From an uncultured Thermoplasmata archaeon (GTDB lineage: Archaea; Thermoplasmatota; Thermoplasmata; Lutacidiplasmatales; UBA184): a DNA stretch of 64,000 nt. The stretch lies in contig CAWISZ010000004.1 in assembly GCA_963838955.1 (NCBI GenBank), positions 401,979 through 465,978 on the forward strand, read 5' to 3'. Position 1 is the first letter of the stretch; every line of letters starts with the position of its first letter. Shown piece by piece: positions 49,228-57,667 of the stretch. The notes under the pieces are model-generated. The model ran no database searches, was not told where the DNA came from, and saw nothing but the letters and a program-made list of their open reading frames with translations. The translations under genes and the position numbers were made by a program.

Positions 49228-49512
49228 CTAGGAGTGCTCCACGAGCTCTAGAGTCCCGGCTCGCCAGCTGGGGGGTTGGACGATGTACTTGCACTTCTTG
49301 CATCGGTACTTCAAGTTCACCCGGCGGACGGCTTTGGCGCGTCCCTCGGGCTTCGGACGCGGGAAGCCTCCGTATCCGCTCGTCGCCCGGCGGAATCGGC
49401 GCTGCCCCCACTTCATTTCGGAGGCGGGGCGCTTCCTTCCCTTCTCGACCTCGTGGTCCGTGTGCACCTTGCACCGCGGGCAGTACGTCGAGACGACTTT
49501 TGGATAGTGCAT
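49228..49512 (-). CDS. rpl44e: 50S ribosomal protein L44e
   Basis: CPRCKVHTDH...CKKCKY zinc ribbon. 94 aa. Confidence 0.85.
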   Translation of the reverse strand: MHYPKVVSTYCPRCKVHTDHEVEKGRKRPASEMKWGQRRFRRATSGYGGFPRPKPEGRAKAVRRVNLKYRCKKCKYIVQPPSWRAGTLELVEHS

Positions 49513-49692
49513 ATAGGGCGGCGGCGAGCCTTGGAGGCTATTTAGGCGTAGCCCCGCGTCTCGGCGGAGGCGCAGGGTTCACCCCTCGCGGATCGCGAGG
49601 GGTGGTCATCATTCCAAAAACCCTCGATTCCGCGAGGGGCGGCGGGGTCCGGAGCGAGGGGCCGGCGTCGGGTCGCCGTGCGGTGCGGCACC

Positions 49693-49700
49693 ATTTATAT
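49693..49700 (+). promoter_or_regulatory. TATA box (atttatat) about 23 nt upstream of the antitoxin ATG
   Basis: AT-rich element in a GC-rich divergent intergenic region. Confidence 0.45.
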
Positions 49701-49722
49701 CATCCTCACCATTGTGGTAATT

Positions 49723-49962
49723 ATGGCGACGCCGGATCAGCTGACGAGCATCCCCGTGCATCGGTCGACGTTGAAGGCGCTTCGAGGGGCTAAAATGGCG
49801 GACCAGACGTGGGACGACTTTCTGCTCGCTCTCGCGGACGACTACATATCCCCGACGATGAAGGCGGATCTCGACCGGCGACTTCGAACCGAACGAATCG
49901 TGCGCGGCGCGGAGATGAAGGCCGAGTTTGAGCAGTGGAGGCGAGAGCGTGGCCGGTCCTAG
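49723..49962 (+). CDS. Putative antitoxin (small DNA-binding protein) of RelE/ParE-type TA pair
   Basis: 79 aa from the Met of MATPDQLTSIPVHRSTLKALRG. Upstream of, and overlapping, the RelE-like gene. Confidence 0.45.
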   Translation: MATPDQLTSIPVHRSTLKALRGAKMADQTWDDFLLALADDYISPTMKADLDRRLRTERIVRGAEMKAEFEQWRRERGRS

Positions 49963-50269
49963 ACCGGCAGATGACTGGCCCGATTTCACCTTCAGCGCCC
50001 GACTTCAGTTCTGGGCATTGCCCGCAGAGGTCATCGAGGCGTTCGTTGCGGTCTTCCCTGAATTCACCCGCGCACCGCGTCGCCCGTCGGCGACCGTGGA
50101 TATCCTACCGCTCCGAAACGATCGCTCTCGATGGCGCCTGAAGGTGGCCGGCTACCGAGCGCTGTACCGGATTCGTCACGGCCGACCCCTCATCGAGAAG
50201 ATCGTCCCACGCAGCGCCCGGACGTACCGGGAATTCGCGGAGTACGCACGACACTTCCCGGCCGAATAG
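49949..50269 (+). CDS. RelE/ParE family toxin
   Basis: C-terminal WRLKVAGYRALYRIRHGRPLIEKIVPRSARTY matches the RelE/ParE core. The GTG start (or the ATG at 49928) overlaps the antitoxin end. Confidence 0.6.
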   Translation: MAGPRPADDWPDFTFSARLQFWALPAEVIEAFVAVFPEFTRAPRRPSATVDILPLRNDRSRWRLKVAGYRALYRIRHGRPLIEKIVPRSARTYREFAEYARHFPAE

Positions 50270-50425
50270 CGGCGAGAAGGCGAGCCCCCGGGCGCCCCAT
50301 GCGCTCGCCCGAGGCTCCACGGAGCCGGGCGACCTCCGGATGGAGGTTTTCTATCGGCGGATCGAGGGGCGCGTGCTAAGCCTTTATGTAGGGGTGCCTG
50401 CTCCGCCGCCGCACCGGATTCACCG

Positions 50426-51063
50426 ATGGCAGATCGCAGTTCCCTCGAGGTCGTCACGGAGGCGCTCCAGAAGGCGCCGGAACGTAAGTTTCCCGAGTCC
50501 GTAGAGCTCTCGATCAACCTCAAGGACCTCGACCTCGCGATCCCTAAGAATCGCCTGGAGGACGACATCCCTCTTCCCGGCGGGCGCGGCAAGCCGGTCA
50601 AGGTCGCTCTGTTCGGCACCCCGGAAATGTGCCAGAAGGTCCGCGGGGTCGCCGACAAGATCATTCCGTCCACCGAGCTCGACGACTTCATGAAGGACGC
50701 CAAAGGGGCGAAGCGGACGGTCGATGACATTGACTTCTTCCTCGCCGAAGCGCCCCTGATGCCGACGATCGGTAAGCGCCTCGGAGTGGTGCTCGGTCCG
50801 CGCGGCAAGATGCCCCGGCCCGTGCCGCCCGGCAGCGATCCCACCAATCTGATCAAGGCGCTCCAACGCTCGGTCCGGGTCCGCTCGAAGGGCAACCGCA
50901 CCTTCCACGCCGCCGTCGGCTCCCGCAGCATGCCGCCGGAACAGATCGCTCAGAACGTCGACGCACTATTGACCCGGTCGTCGGCAAGCTCGAACGCGGT
51001 CGGACGAACATCGAATCGGTCTACGTGAAGACCACCATGGGGCCGGCCGTTCGGCTCTGGTAG
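50426..51063 (+). CDS. rpl1: 50S ribosomal protein L1, with apparent single-base frameshift near 50973-50976
   Basis: L1 motifs are in frame through ...NVDALLTR. The conserved C-terminus [28 protein letters not shown] is in the adjacent frame ending 51061-51063. Confidence 0.8.
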
Positions 51064-51071
51064 GAAGGAAG

Positions 51072-51932
51072 ATGCCCGGCAGGAAGACCCTCCGTCCCGA
51101 AAAGACCGCACGCGTCGAGGCGATGCGCGCCACCGTCGTCCACGGCAAGGTCACGGCTCTCGTCGGGCTCCGAGGCGTCCCGGCATCCGCTCTCCAGTCC
51201 ATGCGCCAGGAGCTGCGCAACCGCGGTCACCCGATCCTGGTCGCTCCGAACAGCACCATCCGGCACGCGATCGAACGCGCGGTCGAGACCCGCCCATCGC
51301 TCCAGCCTCTTATGGCCCAGGTCGAGGATCAGACCGCCGTCCTCTCCGCCGAAGGGAATCCCTTCGCTCTCTTTGCCGAGTTCGCGGCCACGCGCTCACC
51401 GACCCCCGCGCGCGGGGGCGAGTCCGCTCCGGCCGACATTGTCGTGCCCGCCGGGACCACGAGCTTCAAGCCCGGCCCGATCGTGGGCGAGCTCCAGCAC
51501 GCCGGTTTCCCCGCGGCGATCGAGAAGGGCAAGGTCGTCCTGAAGAGGGATACGCTCATCGTCAAGGAGGGCGCCCCGATCTCCCGCGAGGTCGCGGGCC
51601 TCCTGACCCGGATGGACATCTTCCCGCTCGAGGTCGGGCTCGATCTCCGTGCGCTCGTCGACGGGGACACGTTCTACCCGCACGACGCGCTCGCGATCGA
51701 TCTCGATGCGCTGCGGGCCTCGCTGGTGCGCTCGGCCCGCGCCGCGCTCGGCCTCGCGGTCGAGATCGCCTACCCGACCGAAGCGTCGATGCCGATCCTC
51801 CTCGCGCGCGCTCACCGCTCGGCCCTCGGCCTCGCCGTGGCGGGTGGGTACATCACGAAGGAGACCATCCCCGCGCTGTTCGCCCGCGCCATGCGCGAGG
51901 CGGCGGCGATTCAACACCTGACAGGCAAGTAG
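51072..51932 (+). CDS. rpl10: 50S ribosomal protein L10 (acidic ribosomal protein P0)
   Basis: 286 aa with full-length P0 pattern. Confidence 0.85.
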   Translation: MPGRKTLRPEKTARVEAMRATVVHGKVTALVGLRGVPASALQSMRQELRNRGHPILVAPNSTIRHAIERAVETRPSLQPLMAQVEDQTAVLSAEGNPFALFAEFAATRSPTPARGGESAPADIVVPAGTTSFKPGPIVGELQHAGFPAAIEKGKVVLKRDTLIVKEGAPISREVAGLLTRMDIFPLEVGLDLRALVDGDTFYPHDALAIDLDALRASLVRSARAALGLAVEIAYPTEASMPILLARAHRSALGLAVAGGYITKETIPALFARAMREAAAIQHLTGK

Positions 51933-51962
51933 GGAATCCCCGAAACCAATCGTACGGAGAGT

Positions 51963-52283
51963 GTGAACATGGAGTATGTGTATGGTGCGCTGCTGCTCAA
52001 CGCCGCCGGAAAGCCGATCGATGAGAAGGGTCTGACGGAGGTCCTCCGCGCGGCGGGCGTCTCGTCCGACGCGGCCCGGCTCAAGGCGCTGCTCGCCTCC
52101 CTCGAGGGGGTCAACGTCACCGAGATTCTCGCGAAGGCCGAGACGTTCGCCGCCCCGGCCGCGGCCCCCGCCGCCCCGGAGAAGAAGGACGGCAAGGGCG
52201 GGAAGAAGGAAGAGGAAAAGAAGGAAGAGAAGGGCGTCTCCGAGGAAGAGGCGGCCGAGGGTCTCTCCGCCCTCTTCGGCTGA
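51963..52283 (+). CDS. rpl12: 50S ribosomal protein P1 (L12e)
   Basis: Ala/Glu/Lys-rich tail ending [19 protein letters not shown]. Confidence 0.85.
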   Translation: MNMEYVYGALLLNAAGKPIDEKGLTEVLRAAGVSSDAARLKALLASLEGVNVTEILAKAETFAAPAAAPAAPEKKDGKGGKKEEEKKEEKGVSEEEAAEGLSALFG

Positions 52284-52368
52284 ACCAAGTAACGGAAAGC
52301 GCACGGCTTAAGACCCGGGTTCGGGTCGCTCCGGCGGAGACCCCCACGGGGGTGCTCCGCCTCGAGTC

Positions 52369-53775
52369 ATGCCGGCGCACGAATTCTGCGGCGTCGTTGG
52401 AGTCTCCCTCCAGGGCAAGCCGGCGGCGCCGCAACTGTTCCGAGGGCTCCGGGCCCTCCAGCATCGAGGGCAGGAGTCGGCGGGGATCGCCACGACCTCC
52501 CATGGAGTGCTCCACCTGCGCAAGGGCATGGGCCTCGTCCACGAGATCTTCACCGAGGAGCTCGTCGACGCGTTGCGCGGACCGACCGGGATCGGCCACA
52601 CTCGATACTCGACGACCGGGACCAGCGATCTGGAGAACGCCCAGCCGCTGGTCGTAAAGCTCCGGGGCGAGGACGCCGCGATCGCGCACAACGGCGACCT
52701 CGTCAACTTCGAGCGGATCCGCCGCCGCCTCCAGGCCCAGGGCGTGGAGCTGATGGGTTCGGCGGACAGCGAGACGATGGCGCAGATGATCGCCATCGAG
52801 TTCGGTCGCACCCGCGATCTAGAGCCTGCGATCCGGCGCGCCTGCGCCGAGCTCGTCGGTGGGTACGCGGTGGTCCTGATCGTGGGGAACCGCATCGCGG
52901 CGTTCCGCGACCCGTTGGGGATCCGCCCCCTCGTCCTGGGGTCCCTCGAAGGGGGCGTAGCGGTCGCGAGCGAGTCGGTCGCGATCGAGCTGATGGGAGG
53001 TCGGACGATCCGGGACGTCGCACCCGGCGAGATCCTGATCCTCGAGCACGGAGAGATCGCGCACACCACCAAGATCCCCGGGACGGGCGAGCGCGCCCAC
53101 TGTATGTTCGAGTGGGTCTACTTCTCGAGGCCAGACTCGGTCGCCGAGGGCCGACCGGTCTACGACGTTCGTCACCGGATCGGTCAGCAGCTCGCGCGCG
53201 AGGCGCCGGTCGATGCGGATGTGGTCGTCCCGGTCCCGGACTCGGCTCGCCCCCAGGCCCTCGGGTTCTCCGAAGCCACGGGGATCCCGTACGCCGAGGC
53301 GCTGATCAAGAACCGATTCGTAGAGCGCACGTTCATCCTCCCCGACCAGAAGCGCCGGGAGCAAGAGGTCCGCGTCAAGCTCCACCCGGTCCCGGGGCTC
53401 CTGAAGGGTCGCCGCGTCGTTCTCATCGACGATTCGATCGTGCGCGGAACCACGCTCCGCGAGATCATCGGAATGGTCCGGACGGCCGGCGCCGCCCGGG
53501 TCGACGTCCGGATCGGCTGCCCACCGATCCGCGCGCCCTGCTACTTCGGGGTCGACATGAAGGTGCGCAAGGATCTCGTAGCGGCGGACCGCACCGAGGA
53601 AGAGGTCGCAGGCGTGGTCGGGGCGGACAGCGTCCACTACCTCTCGATCCCCGGGCTCGTAGAGGCGATCGGAATCAAGCAGGAGAACCTTTGCCTCGGC
53701 TGCCTCACCGGACGCTACCCGGTCGAGGTCCCGCAGGAGCGTCACCGCTACCAAAAATCGCTGGCGGAGTTCTAG
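52369..53775 (+). CDS. purF: Amidophosphoribosyltransferase
   Basis: Ntn Cys in MPAHEF-CGVVGV (short propeptide). PRTase motif VVLIDDSIVRGTT. C-terminal Fe-S Cys cluster. Confidence 0.9.
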   Translation: MPAHEFCGVVGVSLQGKPAAPQLFRGLRALQHRGQESAGIATTSHGVLHLRKGMGLVHEIFTEELVDALRGPTGIGHTRYSTTGTSDLENAQPLVVKLRGEDAAIAHNGDLVNFERIRRRLQAQGVELMGSADSETMAQMIAIEFGRTRDLEPAIRRACAELVGGYAVVLIVGNRIAAFRDPLGIRPLVLGSLEGGVAVASESVAIELMGGRTIRDVAPGEILILEHGEIAHTTKIPGTGERAHCMFEWVYFSRPDSVAEGRPVYDVRHRIGQQLAREAPVDADVVVPVPDSARPQALGFSEATGIPYAEALIKNRFVERTFILPDQKRREQEVRVKLHPVPGLLKGRRVVLIDDSIVRGTTLREIIGMVRTAGAARVDVRIGCPPIRAPCYFGVDMKVRKDLVAADRTEEEVAGVVGADSVHYLSIPGLVEAIGIKQENLCLGCLTGRYPVEVPQERHRYQKSLAEF

Positions 53776-53778
53776 GGT

Positions 53779-54693
53779 GTGGCCGGCGCGGTCCTTGTAG
53801 CCCGGGGCCGGTTCGTCTACCTCGTACAGCCGCCTCCGTCCCGCCTCCTCGCGATCCCGATCGCCGATGACCTTTCCGTCGCCGCCCGCCGCCTCACGAG
53901 GGGAGCTCCGACCGAACTGCCGCGCGCGATGGTCGACGCGATCCGGGCCCTGGGGCCCGGGCCCCTCGCCGTCGACCCTCCGATGCTGGCCGGACCGGCG
54001 GCCGAGCTCGGGATCCCGACGGTCCGGCTCGCAACGGCCGAGGTGCGTCGTGCACGCGAAGCGCTCCCCCCTCTCGAGCCGCTCGAGGAGCGCCTCTTGA
54101 TCCTCGCCATCGGGCAGGCCGCCCTCGATGAGGCGATGCGCTCGCCTTTGGAGATGCTCGTTTCCCTGACCCGAGAGGAAGAGCGACTCGAACGGGCCCT
54201 CCGCAGGGAAGGGAACGCCGCCGAGCAGTTCGTCTCCGTCTCCGATTCACCCCTTGCGGCGTATGCCGAGCAATGGAGCCAGTTCCGAAAGACCTTCGAA
54301 CGCCACCACTCCGAGCTCGAAGGCCGGGTCCGGGTCCTCGTCCGCGAGATCGCGCCGAACCTCTCGGCGGTCGTCGGCGCCAAGGTCGCCGCGCGCCTGA
54401 TCGCGCTGGCGGGCGGGCTCGAGCCCCTCGCGCGCGGAGATTCCGCGCGTCTGCAGCTGCTCGGATCGCGCCGGCGACCCTCCCGGGATCGTGGGCCTCG
54501 GTTCGGAGTGATCCGCATCGCGGACCGGATGTCGGATGTACCGGACGACCGACGCGGCGCGTATGCCCGCAGTCTCGCCGCCCTCGCGGTGACAGCTGCC
54601 CGTGCGGACGCGTTCACCCGTTCCGACATCAGCGCAAAGCTCCTAGCGCGTAGGGACCGGCGGGTCGAGACCCTGCGTCGGAGGCGGCCATGA
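53779..54693 (+). CDS. Nop5/Nop56 family box C/D snoRNP protein
   Basis: Nop domain LSAVVGAKVAARLIALAGGLEPLARGDSARLQLLG. Followed by fibrillarin with an ATGA overlap. Confidence 0.8.
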   Translation: MAGAVLVARGRFVYLVQPPPSRLLAIPIADDLSVAARRLTRGAPTELPRAMVDAIRALGPGPLAVDPPMLAGPAAELGIPTVRLATAEVRRAREALPPLEPLEERLLILAIGQAALDEAMRSPLEMLVSLTREEERLERALRREGNAAEQFVSVSDSPLAAYAEQWSQFRKTFERHHSELEGRVRVLVREIAPNLSAVVGAKVAARLIALAGGLEPLARGDSARLQLLGSRRRPSRDRGPRFGVIRIADRMSDVPDDRRGAYARSLAALAVTAARADAFTRSDISAKLLARRDRRVETLRRRRP

Positions 54694-55448
54694 GGCGTCC
54701 GACCCCGCTCCAGCAGTCGGAGCGCAATCCTCGCCTCGTGGAGCAGCGCTCCGAGGACCGAACGAGCTGGTTCACCGAGACCGTGGGTCACGAGCCTCCC
54801 GTCGCTCGGGAACGCTGGTTCGTCCGGGGGGGCCGGACGTATCGATCCTGGGATCCGGGCCGAAGCAAGCTCGCGGGAGCGGTCGTCCACGATTGGCGGG
54901 GCGATCTTCCCGAGCCCGGCGAACGGTGGCTCTACCTCGGAGCGGCCACCGGCACGACCGTCTCGCATGTCGCGGACCTCGTCGGACCGGAAGGCCGGGT
55001 CTACGCCATCGAGTCGAGCTTGAGACCGTTCGGCCGTCTGCTCTCCTTCGCCGCGCGGTGGCCAAACGTGCTGCCGATCCTCGCGGATGCGAGAACGCCC
55101 GAGCGCTACTCCGCGTTCGTGCCGCTCGTCGACGGGGTCTACTCCGACCTCGCCCAGGCGGACCAGATCGAGATCGCGCTCGCCAACGCGCGCCGATACC
55201 TTCGCGGATCGGGAAAGTTCCTACTCGCGCTGAAGACCTCGAGCATGGGGCGGGAGTCGAGCGCGGTCGAGCACCTTGCGCTCGCCACGGAAACGTTGGG
55301 TCGATCGTTCGATCTCGATCGCTCCGTGCACCTTGCGCCGCACCACCGTGCTCACTACTTCCTCGGCGGTCGGCCGCGTCGCAGCCTCTTCGAGGCGCCG
55401 GGCGGCCCTACGTCCCCACCTGGGTCCCGCGCGCGACGATCACGGTGA
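54690..55448 (+). CDS. flpA: Fibrillarin-like rRNA/tRNA 2'-O-methyltransferase
   Basis: RSWDPGRSKLAG, YLGAATGTTVSHVADLVGPEGRVYAIE and HHRAHYF motifs. Confidence 0.85.
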   Translation: MRRPTPLQQSERNPRLVEQRSEDRTSWFTETVGHEPPVARERWFVRGGRTYRSWDPGRSKLAGAVVHDWRGDLPEPGERWLYLGAATGTTVSHVADLVGPEGRVYAIESSLRPFGRLLSFAARWPNVLPILADARTPERYSAFVPLVDGVYSDLAQADQIEIALANARRYLRGSGKFLLALKTSSMGRESSAVEHLALATETLGRSFDLDRSVHLAPHHRAHYFLGGRPRRSLFEAPGGPTSPPGSRARRSR

Positions 55449-56526
55449 CCACGTCCTCGTCCTTGAGGGCGTGGGTCCGGCCGACCGTCTGCCCGGGGAA
55501 TCGAGCGCTCGGGCCCCAGATCTGAGCCGCGCGGAACGTTCGCTGAAGGTCCCCCGGGAGCCGCCGCAACAGATCGCTGATCGTGCTGCCGGTGCGAAGG
55601 ATCACCGGATCCTCTCGGTCCGGAGGTCGGCCGGGCGGTTTGACGTAGATCCGGACGAACCGGAGGGCCCGCCCGAGCTTCTCGACCAGTTCGTCCAGTC
55701 CGACCCGATTCTTCGCGGAGACGAAGATCGGCTCGAACGCGGCGAGATCGGCCCGCAGCTTCTTGCGATCCGCCTCGTTCAGCGTATCGGCCTTGTTCAC
55801 CCCGAGGATCGCCGGGATGTAGACGCGGTTACCCGCCAGGACATCGATCAGCTGATCGGCGGTGGCGTCCTCGCGGAGGACGATCTGACCGTTGTGCATC
55901 CCGAACTCTCGTGCAATCTCGGCCGCGAGACCCCCCCCGAGATGCGTCAGTTTCACCGTGCTTGCGATCGTGAGCCCACCGCGGTCACGCGCGGTGACGA
56001 CGATCTTCGGTGGTCGGGTATTGAGCCGGACACCGCTCGACTCGAGCTCCGTGATCAACGCCCGCAGGTTGGTGTGCTCCGGATCGACGAGAAATAGGAC
56101 GAGGTCCGTGGAGCGAACCACCGACAAGACCTCGCGGCCGCGCCCGCGCCCCGTGGAAGCTCCCGGGACGAGCCCGGGCATATCGAGGATCTGGATCGAC
56201 GCGCCGGACCAGCGCAGCATGCCGGGGATGATCGACACCGTCGTGAAATCGTAGGCCGCCGCGACGCTCTCGGCCGAGGTGAGGGAAGTCAGAAGCGTGG
56301 ACTTCCCGACGGAAGGGTATCCGACGAGACCCACGGTGGCGTGCCCGCTCTTACGGACGGAGTACCCCGGGCCGGCGCCCTTGCCCTTCGCCCGCGCCTC
56401 TCGCTCGAGCCGCAGCACCGCGATCTTCGCTCGCAGCCGGCCGATGTGGCGCTGGGTCGCCTTGTTGTACTGGGTCTTCCGGATCTCGTCCTCGACCGCG
56501 GTGATCTGCTCCTCGATCGATGACAT
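55408..56526 (-). CDS. DRG/Obg family GTP-binding protein with TGS domain
   Basis: G1 GYPSVGKST, G3 DMPGLV, NKAD, C-terminal TGS. Start at the internal Met MSSIEEQ. Confidence 0.8.
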   Translation of the reverse strand: MSSIEEQITAVEDEIRKTQYNKATQRHIGRLRAKIAVLRLEREARAKGKGAGPGYSVRKSGHATVGLVGYPSVGKSTLLTSLTSAESVAAAYDFTTVSIIPGMLRWSGASIQILDMPGLVPGASTGRGRGREVLSVVRSTDLVLFLVDPEHTNLRALITELESSGVRLNTRPPKIVVTARDRGGLTIASTVKLTHLGGGLAAEIAREFGMHNGQIVLREDATADQLIDVLAGNRVYIPAILGVNKADTLNEADRKKLRADLAAFEPIFVSAKNRVGLDELVEKLGRALRFVRIYVKPPGRPPDREDPVILRTGSTISDLLRRLPGDLQRTFRAAQIWGPSARFPGQTVGRTHALKDEDVVTVIVARGTQVGT

Positions 56527-56866
56527 CGCCGCGCGCCCGTTCCCTTCGACCGGTGGGACTCGACACCGTACTTGAGTCCTCCGAGGGCGCTCAGATTTCA
56601 CCGTTCGTGGGTGCCCGAAGAGGGGGGAAGCGCCCGGAGGAGTTCCTCTCCATGCCACCGGAGACAGCGGGGCCGTCGTGGCGGTATCGCTCTCCGGGTT
56701 CTCAGCCGGGGATGATTCCCACGATGTCAAGGCCCGATTCGACGGTCCCAGGCGACCGTTCCCTCCGGGTCCGGCCGGGTCTCCTCGACCGGCCCCGGGA
56801 CATCCGCCTACCTCGGCTCCACCGAACCGTTATCTATCGTCCTCGGGTCTCATCGGTGGAGCGCAC

Positions 56867-57646
56867 ATGGACGACGTGGTGATTCTACCGACCGAGAAGG
56901 TCGCGCTGCGCGACCCGATCCTCGTCGAAGGACTTCCCGGCGTCGGAAACGTGGGCAAGCTCGCCTCGGACTACCTCCGGGATCAGTTGAAGGCGAAGCC
57001 GCTCGCGACCGTGTTTTCCCGCTTCTTTCCGCCCCAGGTCTACGTCAACGAAGAGGGGATCATCCGGCTCGTCTCCAACGAGCTATCCTACTATCGCAGT
57101 CCCAAGGGCGCCCGGGACATAATCATCCTCGGCGGAGACTACCAGGGCATCAGCCCGGAGGGCCAGTACGAGATCACGCACCGCATCCTGGAGTTCGTTC
57201 ACGGGCTCGGCGTCCGGGACCTCTACACGCTCGCCGGCTTCGCCCAAGGCCACGTGGTCGAGAAGCCCCGCGTGCTGGGCGCCGCGACGAGCCCGGCCCG
57301 CGTCGAGGCGATGAAGAAGCTCGGCGTGGTGTTCTCTCGCAACGACCCTGGCGGAGGGCTCATCGGTGCGAGCGGACTCTTCCTCGGGCTCGGCCGCCTC
57401 TTCCAGATGGAGGGCGTCTGCCTCATGGGAGAGACATCCGGCTACTTCGTGGACCCTCGGGGCGCCCAAGCCGTGCTCAAGGTCCTTTCCCGAGCGATCG
57501 ATGTCGAGGTGGACTTCCAGGATCTCGAGTCGAAGGCCAAGGAGATCGACCGGATCGCCCAGCGGATTCACGAGACGGAGAAGGGAGCGGCCGAGCCGAC
57601 CCCCGGCCCGGGCCCCGCGCGCGAGGACCTCGGCTACATCGGCTGA
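56867..57646 (+). CDS. Proteasome assembly chaperone (PAC2/PbaA family)
   Basis: 259 aa. Begins MDDVVILPTEK. Pattern ILVEGLPGVGNVGKLA is typical of PAC2 family proteins. Confidence 0.6.
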   Translation: MDDVVILPTEKVALRDPILVEGLPGVGNVGKLASDYLRDQLKAKPLATVFSRFFPPQVYVNEEGIIRLVSNELSYYRSPKGARDIIILGGDYQGISPEGQYEITHRILEFVHGLGVRDLYTLAGFAQGHVVEKPRVLGAATSPARVEAMKKLGVVFSRNDPGGGLIGASGLFLGLGRLFQMEGVCLMGETSGYFVDPRGAQAVLKVLSRAIDVEVDFQDLESKAKEIDRIAQRIHETEKGAAEPTPGPGPAREDLGYIG

Positions 57647-57667
57647 CATCGCTCGCTTCGGTCGTCC

